Below are positions 15,044 through 23,531 of a stretch of 32,000 nt of DNA, piece by piece. Positions within the stretch are counted from its first letter, which is position 1. Each line of letters opens with the position of its first letter. The notes beneath the pieces were generated by a model, which saw nothing but the letters and a program-made list of their open reading frames with translations, did not search any database and had not been told where the DNA came from. A program made the position numbers and the translations under genes. The stretch comes from Propionibacterium ruminifibrarum. Lineage in GTDB: Bacteria > Actinomycetota > Actinomycetes > Propionibacteriales > Propionibacteriaceae. Location of the stretch: the NCBI RefSeq assembly GCF_900289195.1, contig NZ_OMOH01000006.1:160419-192418 (forward strand). Reading direction: 5' to 3'.

Positions 15044-16338
15044 CCGTGGCCCGGGCGCTCGAGGTCCGGATCGTCCGGCCCGTCCCCCGCCTGGCCGGGC
15101 CTGGACCACTTGAACCATGAGCCACGGCGTCCTCTGCGCTGAGGCCACCACCCTCTCTGGTCGCCCCGCGCCACGTCGTCCTCGCCGTCGCCCGGGGTGT
15201 CTGCGCCACCGGCCCCGGGCGCATCGCCACTCGGTCTCACGCCCCGGCGTGTCCTCGCGGCGACAGGGCGGGCGCCCTCGGATCCTCCCCGTTCGGCGTC
15301 AGGGGCCTGTTGACGAACAGCCCCCGCCCCATCGTGACGCAGGTTCTCGTGATACCGCCCGATGAGGCCGTCTGGGCGCACGTAGGCGTCGATCCAGCGG
15401 GCCATCTCGTCGAAGATCTGCCGGCGCACGGGCTCGCGGGAGAGCATGAGGTCATGGACTCCCCCGGTGACACGACGGATCGTCACCAGCGGGCCCAGGT
15501 GCGGCGCGGCGGCCGCGATGCGGTCGACGTCGAGCACGAGATCGGCCTCGTGCATGCTCTCGTCCCAGGTGCGCGAGAAGTCGCTCCGGTCGCTCGTCAT
15601 GACCAGCACGGGCGTGTCGATGTGGAGGCCGGACGCGACCCGGGCGTGGCCGGCGAGCACGGCCCTGCCCCAGCCCCAGCGGTGGATGAAGGCGGGATGC
15701 GACTTGAGGTCGAGGTCCCAGTCCCATTCGCCGTCCTCATCGGCGCGCAGGGAGCGGCGGTAGAAGCCGGTGTCGACGCCGGAGCCGAGTTCGGCCAGCG
15801 GACTCACGACGGAGATGGCTGCGGCGACCGGCGAGAGCATCCGCCACAGGGCGGGTGATCCCTGCATGTCGAGCCATGGGGAGTTCAGGATGACGCCCGC
15901 GAGCAGCCCGGGACGCCGGGAGGCCCACAGGACTCCGGTGAGTCCGCCCGTGGAGTGCCCCATGAAGGTGATGGGGACACCTGGGTGGTCGTCGTGGATG
16001 AGCGCGACGGCCTGATCCAGCTCGGATTCGTAGTGGGCCAGATCGGTGACATACCCCGCGTACAGTCCCGGGACCAGATTCCGCCCGTAACGCCGCAACT
16101 CCACCGCGTAGAAGTCGAAGCCCTGGGCATCGAACCAGTCGGCGAGGTGGGTCTGGAAGAAGTAGTCGTTCCAGCCGTGCAGGTAGAGGACGGCCCGGTC
16201 ATGGCGGGGCGCGCCCCTTCGGACGAGAGTGGCGGTGAGTGCCACCTCCGGTTCACCCTCGGCGAGTTGCGCGCCGGGGATGGACCAGCTGCGCGCTTGG
16301 TAACCCGCCAGCAGCGGGTCCCGGACCCACCCACTCAT
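15028..16338 (-). CDS. Alpha/beta hydrolase (lysophospholipase / monoacylglycerol-lipase-like) with a ~100-aa charged C-terminal tail
   Basis: YLHGWNDYFFQ oxyanion region and GHSTGG nucleophile elbow. GC3 stays high through the tail (…GSWFKWSRPGQAGDGPDDPDLERPGHGKNRS), so the long ORF looks genuine. Confidence 0.8.
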   Translation of the reverse strand: MSGWVRDPLLAGYQARSWSIPGAQLAEGEPEVALTATLVRRGAPRHDRAVLYLHGWNDYFFQTHLADWFDAQGFDFYAVELRRYGRNLVPGLYAGYVTDLAHYESELDQAVALIHDDHPGVPITFMGHSTGGLTGVLWASRRPGLLAGVILNSPWLDMQGSPALWRMLSPVAAAISVVSPLAELGSGVDTGFYRRSLRADEDGEWDWDLDLKSHPAFIHRWGWGRAVLAGHARVASGLHIDTPVLVMTSDRSDFSRTWDESMHEADLVLDVDRIAAAAPHLGPLVTIRRVTGGVHDLMLSREPVRRQIFDEMARWIDAYVRPDGLIGRYHENLRHDGAGAVRQQAPDAERGGSEGARPVAARTRRGVRPSGDAPGAGGADTPGDGEDDVARGDQRGWWPQRRGRRGSWFKWSRPGQAGDGPDDPDLERPGHGKNRS

Positions 16339-16354
16339 CAGGGCTCAGACAGCC

Positions 16355-16555
16355 CTAGTCGGACTCGATGTCCTGTTCGTACTTCGCCGCGAGATCGGCA
16401 TAGTTGTCGGGAATCCCGTCGTGGCTGGGCTCATCGTCGTGATGCTGCTTGCTCCGGAGCTCCCGCTCCAACGAAGCGAAGTCAGTCTCGACCGAACGGT
16501 ACTTCAGGTCCCTGGCAACCTTGGTCTGCTTCGCCTTTTGCCGGCCGCGCCCCAT
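16355..16555 (-). CDS. DUF3073-family small conserved actinobacterial protein (66 aa)
   Basis: MGRGRQKAKQTKVARDLKY is the characteristic N-terminus of this family. RBS gaggagg is present. The usual neighbourhood next to purM is conserved here. Confidence 0.8.
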   Translation of the reverse strand: MGRGRQKAKQTKVARDLKYRSVETDFASLERELRSKQHHDDEPSHDGIPDNYADLAAKYEQDIESD

Positions 16556-16624
16556 GTGGGTCGACCTCCTCGCTTGGTCCCTCGCGGCGTTGCCGCGGCA
16601 TGATGAACAACTCTCGTGAGCCCT

Positions 16625-16630
16625 AGGCTA
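16625..16630 (-). promoter_or_regulatory. Candidate -10 hexamer TAGCCT upstream of the DUF3073 gene
   Basis: The minus strand reads ttggtgacggcccgatctattgggTAGCCTagggctc, with TTGGTG 18 nt upstream as a possible -35. Confidence 0.3.
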
Positions 16631-16687
16631 CCCAATAGATCGGGCCGTCACCAATTGGTCTTGCACCGGCGTGACAAGCAATGCGGT

Positions 16688-17746
16688 TCAGGACCCCGGG
16701 TGTTCGCCGGTCAACTCGACGCTCGCCGCCCCCTCGTTGGACTCGGCACGACCGCAGACCCAGTTCTTCAGGCCGAACCCGTCCAGCACGCGCTGGGCCT
16801 CATCCACCTGGTCGGCAGGCAGCAGGGCGACCATGCCGACACCCATGTTGAGGGTCTCCTCGATGTCGTCCCGACTGACCCCGCCGGTGGACTGAACCAG
16901 GTCGAAGACGGGCCCGGGCCGCCAGCTGGCCCGGTCGATGGTGACCCGAATACCGTCGGGCACGACGCGGACGAGGTTGTTCGCCAGGCCGCCGCCTGTG
17001 ATGTGACTCATCGCGTGCACCGTGACGGTCTTGAGGAGCGCCATGATCTCGCCGGCGTAGACGTGGGTGGGTTCCAGCAGTTCCAGCCCCAGGCTGCGCC
17101 CGAACTCGGGGATGTGCCGGTCGAGTGGCAGCCCGGCGTCCTCGAGCAGGACGCGACGCACCAGCGAGTAGCCGTTGGAGTGCAGGCCGGAGCTGGCCAT
17201 GGCCAGGGCGACGTCGCCGGCGCGCACCCGCGCGGGCCCGAGCAGCTCGTCGGCCTCGACGACGCCCGTCGTGGCGCCGGCCATGTCGTACTCGTCGGCG
17301 CCCATGAGGCCTGGGTGCTCGGCCGTCTCCCCGCCGACCAGCGCGCAACCGGCCGCGACGCAGGCGTCGGCGATGCCCTCGACGATGGCCGCGATGCGCT
17401 CGGGCACGACGTGACCGCAGGCGATGTAGTCGGTGAGGAACAGGGGTTCCGCCCCGCAGACGACGAGATCATCGACGAGCATGCCCACCAGGTCCCAGCC
17501 GATGGTGTTGTGGATGTCGAGGGCCTGGGCGAGCGCGACCTTGGTGCCGACGCCGTCGGTGCTCGTGGCGAGCAGCGGGTGACGGTACGAGGCCAGTGCG
17601 GAGGCGTCGAAGAGACCGGCGAAGCCACCGATGTCACCGAGGACCTCGGGGCGTCTGGTGCGTGCGACGTGAGCCTTCATGAGCTCGACTGCGGCGTCCC
17701 CGGCATGGATGTCGACACCCGCGCGGGCGTAGGCGGACTGGCTCAT
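16688..17746 (-). CDS. purM: Phosphoribosylformylglycinamidine cyclo-ligase (AIR synthetase)
   Basis: MSQSAYARAGVDIHAGDAAVELMK, GGFAGLFD, DGVGTK, then colinear PurM-like sequence. The ATG overlaps the purF stop (ATGA at 17743-17746). Confidence 0.9.
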   Translation of the reverse strand: MSQSAYARAGVDIHAGDAAVELMKAHVARTRRPEVLGDIGGFAGLFDASALASYRHPLLATSTDGVGTKVALAQALDIHNTIGWDLVGMLVDDLVVCGAEPLFLTDYIACGHVVPERIAAIVEGIADACVAAGCALVGGETAEHPGLMGADEYDMAGATTGVVEADELLGPARVRAGDVALAMASSGLHSNGYSLVRRVLLEDAGLPLDRHIPEFGRSLGLELLEPTHVYAGEIMALLKTVTVHAMSHITGGGLANNLVRVVPDGIRVTIDRASWRPGPVFDLVQSTGGVSRDDIEETLNMGVGMVALLPADQVDEAQRVLDGFGLKNWVCGRAESNEGAASVELTGEHPGS

Positions 17747-19242
17747 GATTCATCTTCTCCACGGTCGAATTCGGCATTGCTGTAGCTGGAGCAGGACGCG
17801 GGGGCCTCCTCGGCGTTGAGCCCCATCTCGGTGGCGGCCCCGTGCGGCACCGGGATCGGGTACTCGCCGTCGAAGCAGGCGCGGCACAGGTTCTCCTTGG
17901 ACACGTGCGTGGCCCGGATCAGACCCTCAAGACTGACATAGCCCAGGGAGTCGGCGCCGATGGAGCGGCAGATCTCGTCCACCGACAGGCCCGGGGCGAT
18001 GAGCTGGGCTCGCGTGGCGAAGTCGAGGCCGTAGAAACAGGGCCATTCCAGCGGGGGCGACGAGATGCGCACATGGACCTGTGCGGCACCGGCCTCGCGC
18101 AGCATCCGCACGAGCTGACGCTGCGTGTTGCCGCGCACTATCGAGTCGTCGACGACGACGAGGCGACGCCCCTCGATGACATCCCGCAGCGGGTTCAGCT
18201 TGAGCCGGATGCCCATGTTGCGCAGGGACTGGGTGGGCTGGATGAAGGTGCGACCGACATAGGAGTTCTTCACCAGCCCGTTGCCGAAGGGGATGCCCGA
18301 TTCGGCGGCGAAGCCGATGGCCCCGGGGATGCCCGATTCGGGGACGGGAATGACCAGATCGGCGTCGGCGGGCGCCTCCTCGGCAAGGATCTTGCCGATC
18401 TTGACGCGCACGTTGTGGATGCGCCGGCCCGAGATGACCGTGTCGGGACGGGCGACATAGACGTACTCGAACAGGCACCCCTTCGGCCTGGGTGGCGCGA
18501 AGTGTGTCGAGTGCAGGCCGGACTCGTCGATGCGGAGCATCTCGCCGGGTTCTACCTCGCGGACGAAGGTGCCGCCCACGATGTCGATCGCGGCCGTCTC
18601 TGATGCGACGACCCAGCCGTTGTCGAGCCGACCGAGCACGAGGGGGCGGACCCCCTGCGGGTCGCGCGCGGCGAAGAGCGTGTTCTCGTTGATGAAGACC
18701 AGACTGAAGGCGCCGACCAGGCGCGGCAGCAGGTTCCTGGCGACGTCCTCGAGCGGTTCGTCGTCCAGGGCCATCAGTGCGCTGACCAGGTGCGTGTCGT
18801 TGCTGGAGTCCATCTCCTCCTTGTGCGGCACCTGGCCCTTGGCCGCCCGGCCGAGGCGCTGGGCCAGCAGGTCCTCGAGTTCGTCGGTGTTGGTGAGGTT
18901 GCCGTTGTGGGCCAGGGCGAGCGAACCACGGGGGGTCGAGGCGAAGGTGGGTTGGGCGTTCCGCCAGACGCTCGAGCCGGTGGTCGAGTAGCGCGTGTGA
19001 CCGACCGCCATGTGCCCGGTCAGGGAGTTCAGGGTCGCCTCGTCGAAGACCTGACTGACCAGACCCATGTCCTTGAAGACCATGATCTGTGAGCCGTCCG
19101 ACACCGCGATGCCCGCCGATTCCTGACCGCGGTGCTGCAACGCGAACAGGCCGTAGTAGGTGAGTCTGGCCACGTCCTCGCCCGGCGCGAAGACACCGAA
19201 GACACCGCACTCATCCTGCGGCCGGTCCTCGTGTCGTGTCAT
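17743..19242 (-). CDS. purF: Amidophosphoribosyltransferase
   Basis: Short propeptide followed by the catalytic Cys (ECGVFGV), LQHRGQESAGI, and PRPP loop VVVDDSIVRGNT. I prefer ATG 19242 because the GTG at 19281 abuts a -10-like TAGGCT at 19282-19287. The start is uncertain by 13 codons. Confidence 0.9.
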   Translation of the reverse strand: MTRHEDRPQDECGVFGVFAPGEDVARLTYYGLFALQHRGQESAGIAVSDGSQIMVFKDMGLVSQVFDEATLNSLTGHMAVGHTRYSTTGSSVWRNAQPTFASTPRGSLALAHNGNLTNTDELEDLLAQRLGRAAKGQVPHKEEMDSSNDTHLVSALMALDDEPLEDVARNLLPRLVGAFSLVFINENTLFAARDPQGVRPLVLGRLDNGWVVASETAAIDIVGGTFVREVEPGEMLRIDESGLHSTHFAPPRPKGCLFEYVYVARPDTVISGRRIHNVRVKIGKILAEEAPADADLVIPVPESGIPGAIGFAAESGIPFGNGLVKNSYVGRTFIQPTQSLRNMGIRLKLNPLRDVIEGRRLVVVDDSIVRGNTQRQLVRMLREAGAAQVHVRISSPPLEWPCFYGLDFATRAQLIAPGLSVDEICRSIGADSLGYVSLEGLIRATHVSKENLCRACFDGEYPIPVPHGAATEMGLNAEEAPASCSSYSNAEFDRGEDES

Positions 19243-19281
19243 CACCTGATCGGTGTCGTCCGGTCGAAGAACCACGCCCAC

Positions 19282-19287
19282 AGCCTA
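19282..19287 (-). promoter_or_regulatory. Candidate -10 hexamer TAGGCT upstream of purF
   Basis: The minus strand reads cccacgaTAGGCTgtgggcg. It fits TANNNT. No convincing -35 is present. Confidence 0.25.
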
Positions 19288-19361
19288 TCGTGGGGGTCTG
19301 TCTGCGGCGCCGGGCCGGTCACGAGTGGGACGCGACCCCGGCGTCGAGGCCATGACGCGGC

Positions 19362-20141
19362 TCACCGCAGGTAGACCACGGCGTTGTTGCCGCCGGTGCA
19401 CGTGGTGACGGCGCCGGTCGCCACCACGCACGACATCGAATAGGTCCTGTTCGTCACGGGGCTGGTCGCCGTGACCTCGACGACACCGTCCGCGGCGGTG
19501 GAGGCCCTGAAGGCGGTCTCGACGTTCAGGGCGAACTGACAGGACGTCGATGAGTTGACCGCAACCGATTCACTGCACTGCGTGGCACCGTCGGGGAAGG
19601 CGACCGGAGTGGGTGTCGGGGTGGGGGTCGGTGTCGGGGTGGCGGAGGAGGACGCCGGGGCGCTCGTCGCCGCAGAGGCCTCGGGCGCCGCGGCACCGGA
19701 CTGGCCGCGCAGACCAGCGATGATCACGCCCAGAACGATGCTCAGGACGAGCAGGTGGGCCAGCCAGCCGAGCAGGAACGCCCCCCAGTAACGGCCCGAC
19801 GGGGCACCCGCCTCGCGGGCGCGGTGGGCGGCCCCGGAGGCCGGGGCCGCCCCGAAGGGGCCGAAGAAGAAGGAGATGACGGCCGTGAGTCGCACGCTCG
19901 GCGGCCTGGTGGCCTCGGGGATGACCGGGATCCCGGGGCTGGTGGGCCAGTCCGCCTCATCGTCGTGGCCGGGGTGCATGCCCCCGTAGCGGGCGTCGGA
20001 GAAGTGCTGTGAGAAGCTGCGTCCCGCGGCGGGGTCGAAGCCCCCGGAGGGGTCGTAGGGCGCGCCGAAACGATTCTCGTCGTAGCCGTAGTCGGCTGGC
20101 CGCAGCCGATCGTGCGGCCCCCGCTGCGAACCGGTCGACAT
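19362..20141 (-). CDS. Hypothetical membrane protein: Gly/Pro/Asp-rich N-terminus, two TM helices, (Thr-Pro)6 linker, 4-Cys C-terminal domain
   Basis: ATG with RBS ggaggggg. TM candidates are LTAVISFFFGPFGAAPA and YWGAFLLGWLAHLLVLSIVLGVIIAGL. The linker is SSSATPTPTPTPTPTPVAF. The C-terminal ~75 aa carry 4 Cys (QCSES..STSCQF..MSCVV..TTCTGG). GC3 is high. Confidence 0.7.
   Translation of the reverse strand: MSTGSQRGPHDRLRPADYGYDENRFGAPYDPSGGFDPAAGRSFSQHFSDARYGGMHPGHDDEADWPTSPGIPVIPEATRPPSVRLTAVISFFFGPFGAAPASGAAHRAREAGAPSGRYWGAFLLGWLAHLLVLSIVLGVIIAGLRGQSGAAAPEASAATSAPASSSATPTPTPTPTPTPVAFPDGATQCSESVAVNSSTSCQFALNVETAFRASTAADGVVEVTATSPVTNRTYSMSCVVATGAVTTCTGGNNAVVYLR
19605..19640 (-). repeat. (Thr-Pro)6 coding microrepeat
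   Basis: The minus-strand codons acc ccg aca ccg acc ccc acc ccg aca ccc act ccg were read directly. Confidence 0.85.
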
Positions 20142-20222
20142 GGCAGCACCCCCTCCAGCGGCCCTCCCCGGGCCCGGCGGGCCCGGGGAGGCCCATGCTA
20201 CCCCGGCGGGGTGAGATAACAG

Positions 20223-21557
20223 CTAGTCAGATTCCTCTCGCTCCGCGCTGTTCGCGGCGGGACGCTCATCAACGATGTCGCCGATGATGCCCGAGGCCTG
20301 CTTGCTGAAGGTCAGGTAGCGTGCGGCGAGGTTGATCATCGACTGCAGACGGTTGCGCCCGCCGAGCAGGAAGTACAGGTGCAGGCCGACCCAGGCGACC
20401 CACGCGATGAAACCGGTGAAGTCGATCTTCAGACCGTGGAAACGGGCCATCTGGACGACGGCGGCGTTGCGGCCGATGGTGGCCATCGTGCCCTTGTCGA
20501 AGTAAGAGAACTTCTCGGTACGCCGCCCGGCCTCCAGGTTGATGATCTGCTTGGCCGCCCACACGCCCTCCTGCATCGCCGGCTGGGCCAGCTGCGGCAG
20601 CGGGTTGTCCTCGATGAGGGCGCCGTCGCCGATGGCGAAGACCCGGTCCTGGCCCTTGACCCGCAGGTCGGGGCCGACGAGGATGCGGCCGCCCCGGCCG
20701 AGTTCCACGCCCCACTTCTCGACGTCCTTGTGCGCCCCGACGCCGGCGGCCCAGATGACCAGGTCGGCCGGCAGGGTGGAGCCGTCCTTCAACAGGACCG
20801 AGTCCTCCCGGATCTCGGCGATGGCCGATGTGGTGCGGACGTCGACACCGCGCCGCTGCAGCTGGCGGCGCGTGTAGTGGCGCAGTTTGGCATCGAACGG
20901 CATGAGCAGGTGCTCGGCCATCTCGACCAGGGTGACGTGGACGCGGTCGATCGCCACATCGGGGAAGATCGCCGGGATGCCCACTGACTTCATCTCGGCC
21001 AGGGTGCCGGCCATCTCGACACCGGTCGGGCCGCCGCCGACGACGATGACGTCGAAGTTCTTCTGCGGGTTGGTGTCGAGGGCCTCCAGGTTCGACAGGA
21101 TGACGTCACGTGTCTTCACCGAGTCCGTGCGGGTGTAGATGGTGTAGGCGTGCTCCTGCGCGCCGGGGGTGCCGAAGTAGTTGGCGCCGACGCCCTGGGC
21201 GAAGATCAGGTAGTCGTAGTCGATCGGGCCGCCGTTGTCGCACTCGACGCGCCGGCCCTCGAAGTCGACGCCGGTGACCTTGGCGCGCCGGAACCGGCAG
21301 TTGGGGGTCCGAGCGGCGAAGGAGCGCAGCCGATAGGTGACGTCGCCGGGGTTCAGTCCCCCGGTGGCCACCTGGTAGAGCAGGGGCTGGAAGGACGTGT
21401 AGGGGTTCTTGTCGACGATGATGACGCGGGCCCCTGCCCTGCCGAGGGTCCGGGCCGCGTTGGTGCCGCCGAAACCGCCCCCGACGATCACCACGCGAGG
21501 CCCCTGGCCCGGTTCGAATGGGTCGTCGGTCTTGCGGAAGATGGACGGGATGTTCAT
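20223..21557 (-). CDS. ndh: Type-II NADH dehydrogenase (NADH:quinone oxidoreductase, FAD-dependent)
   Basis: Two Rossmann motifs (VVIVGGGFGGTNAA and VIVVGGGPTGVEMAG), FQPLLYQVATG, FAIGD, and a C-terminal amphipathic/membrane segment. RBS aggaggg is present. Confidence 0.85.
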   Translation of the reverse strand: MNIPSIFRKTDDPFEPGQGPRVVIVGGGFGGTNAARTLGRAGARVIIVDKNPYTSFQPLLYQVATGGLNPGDVTYRLRSFAARTPNCRFRRAKVTGVDFEGRRVECDNGGPIDYDYLIFAQGVGANYFGTPGAQEHAYTIYTRTDSVKTRDVILSNLEALDTNPQKNFDVIVVGGGPTGVEMAGTLAEMKSVGIPAIFPDVAIDRVHVTLVEMAEHLLMPFDAKLRHYTRRQLQRRGVDVRTTSAIAEIREDSVLLKDGSTLPADLVIWAAGVGAHKDVEKWGVELGRGGRILVGPDLRVKGQDRVFAIGDGALIEDNPLPQLAQPAMQEGVWAAKQIINLEAGRRTEKFSYFDKGTMATIGRNAAVVQMARFHGLKIDFTGFIAWVAWVGLHLYFLLGGRNRLQSMINLAARYLTFSKQASGIIGDIVDERPAANSAEREESD

Positions 21558-21685
21558 CAGGTCTGAACCCTCCTGTTCGTCGGAACGTCATGGGCGCCAC
21601 ACGGCACGCGCCCAATCCAACCATTCCGCCGGACGCAGCGGGCACCTGTCCGGCAGCCGTTCACCCCCAGCGGATTACCTTTTTC

Positions 21686-21699
21686 TTAGGTTAGCCTAA
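21686..21699. promoter_or_regulatory. AT-rich inverted repeat TTAGG-TTAG-CCTAA containing -10-like hexamers on both strands (TAGCCT on plus at 21692-21697)
   Basis: It lies in the divergent ndh / ACT-UPF0210 intergenic region and is the only AT-rich patch there. Both hexamers fit TANNNT. Confidence 0.3.
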
Positions 21700-21802
21700 A
21701 CAATTCTTCGGGGGAGGGGTTCGCCGGCCGATCCGGCGGGCCCGACGGCACCCCGGCCGCCGTGCCGTCCGGCTCGCGGCACCCCGCCGGTAGGGTTGGC
21801 CC

Positions 21803-22072
21803 ATGATTGCGATCCTCACCGTGACGGGCCTCGATCACACGGGCATCGTGGCCGCGGTCAGCACACGGCTGGCCGAGCTCGACGTCAACCTGTGCAACAT
21901 CTCCCAGACGATCATGGGCGACTACTTCACCATGATCGCCCAGTGCGAATTCGACGAGCAGGCCCACCCGATCGAGTCCCTGCAGAGTGATCTCAAGACC
22001 GTCGGCGACGAGCAGCAGGTGGTCATTCGCCTGCAGTCCGAGGCCATCTTCCGAGCGATGCACGAGCTGTGA
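21803..22072 (+). CDS. ACT-domain protein, UPF0237 family (89 aa)
   Basis: MIAILTVTGLDHTGIVAAVSTRLAELDVNLCNISQTIMGDYFTMI is colinear with streptococcal UPF0237 proteins as I recall them (MKAIITVVGKDKSGIVAGVS...ISQTVLDEYFTMM). Confidence 0.85.
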   Translation: MIAILTVTGLDHTGIVAAVSTRLAELDVNLCNISQTIMGDYFTMIAQCEFDEQAHPIESLQSDLKTVGDEQQVVIRLQSEAIFRAMHEL

Positions 22073-22075
22073 GCC

Positions 22076-23425
22076 ATGGACACCGAACACGAGATTCTCG
22101 AGACCATCGAGATGATCGAGGAGTACCGCCTCGACATCCGCACCGTGACGATGGGCATCAACCTGCTCGACTGCGCCGACCCCGACCCGCAGACCGCCTG
22201 TGAACGGATCTACGAACGCATCGTCTCGAGCGCCAGGCGGCTGGTGCCCGTCGCCGAGGGCATCGAGGCCGAACTCGGTATCCCGATCATCAACAAGCGC
22301 ATCTCGGTGACCCCCATCTCCCTGGTCGCCGGTGCGAGCCGCACCGAGGACTACACCTGTTTCGCCGCGGCGCTCGACAGGGCGGCGCACGAGGTCGGTG
22401 TCGACTTCCTCGGCGGTTTCTCCGCGCTCGCCCAGAAGTCGCGCAGCGCGGCCGACCGCCACCTCATGGACTCGCTGCCGCAGGCCCTGGCCACGACGGA
22501 CGTGGTCTGCTCCTCGGTGAACATCGGCTCGACCAAGGCCGGCATCAACATGAGCGCCGTGGGCCGCATGGGTGAGCTCATCCGGGAGATCGCCGACCGC
22601 ACCGGCGGCATGGGATGCGCCAAACTCGTCGTCTTCTGCAACGCGGTCGGCGACAATCCGTTCATGGCCGGCGCCTTCCACGGGGTCGAGGAGGGCGACG
22701 TTTGCATCAATGTGGGCGTCTCCGGCCCCGGTGTGGTCAAACGCGCCCTCGACAAGGTCCCGGACGCGAGTTTCGGCGGCATGGCCGAGACGATCAAGAA
22801 GGCCGCCTTCAAGGTCACCCGGATGGGGCAGCTCGTCGGCACGATGGCCGCTGAGCGGCTGGGCGTGCCATTCGGCATCGTCGACCTCTCGCTCGCCCCC
22901 ACCGCAGCCATCGGCGACTCGGTGGCTGAGATCCTCGAGACGATGGGGGTCGGTACCGTCGGCGGCCACGGCACGACCGTTGCGCTGGCGCTGCTCAACG
23001 ACGCCGTGAAGAAGGGGGGCCTGATGGCCTGCTCGCACGTCGGCGGCCTGTCCGGATCCTTCATCCCGGTCAGTGAGGACGCCGGCATGATCGACGCGGT
23101 CACCAGCGGTGTGCTCGGCCTCGACAAGCTCGAGGCCATGACCGCGATCTGCTCGGTCGGGCTCGACATGATCGCGATACCCGGCGACACCCCGGCCACG
23201 ACGATCGCCGCCATGATCGCCGACGAGGCCGCCATCGGCATGATGAACAACAAGACGACCGCGGTCCGGGTCATCCCCGTCCCCGGCGCGGCGGTCGGCG
23301 ACGACATCGACTTCGGGGGGCTGCTCGGTCACGCCCCGGTCATGGCGGTCCACCGCAGTGACGCCGGGCCGCTCATCAGCCGCGGCGGACGGCTGCCCGC
23401 ACCCGTGCACAGCTTCCGCAGCTGA
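22076..23425 (+). CDS. UPF0210 (DUF711) family protein, function unknown
   Basis: The gene begins 3 nt after the ACT gene. Full-length colinearity with UPF0210 proteins: [153 protein letters not shown]. Confidence 0.9.
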   Translation: MDTEHEILETIEMIEEYRLDIRTVTMGINLLDCADPDPQTACERIYERIVSSARRLVPVAEGIEAELGIPIINKRISVTPISLVAGASRTEDYTCFAAALDRAAHEVGVDFLGGFSALAQKSRSAADRHLMDSLPQALATTDVVCSSVNIGSTKAGINMSAVGRMGELIREIADRTGGMGCAKLVVFCNAVGDNPFMAGAFHGVEEGDVCINVGVSGPGVVKRALDKVPDASFGGMAETIKKAAFKVTRMGQLVGTMAAERLGVPFGIVDLSLAPTAAIGDSVAEILETMGVGTVGGHGTTVALALLNDAVKKGGLMACSHVGGLSGSFIPVSEDAGMIDAVTSGVLGLDKLEAMTAICSVGLDMIAIPGDTPATTIAAMIADEAAIGMMNNKTTAVRVIPVPGAAVGDDIDFGGLLGHAPVMAVHRSDAGPLISRGGRLPAPVHSFRS

Positions 23426-23531
23426 GGGGGCACGAACCGGCCCGGCGTGGCGTGACGGACTCGCAAGTAGGGGTGCAGAGTTCTTCAGATCCCATTTCTG
23501 CTCCACGCATGACCCCTGGCAGACTGGGGCC

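Noticed and set aside
16616-17785. 389-aa plus-strand ORF opposite purM.
   Set aside because: It is antisense to an unmistakable PurM and has a low-complexity Gly/Asp/Val/Ala composition.
19243-19281. GTG at 19281 as the purF start.
   Set aside because: It directly abuts the TAGGCT -10 candidate (19282-19287) and lacks an RBS. ATG 19242 gives a normal short propeptide before the catalytic Cys. This is not proven.
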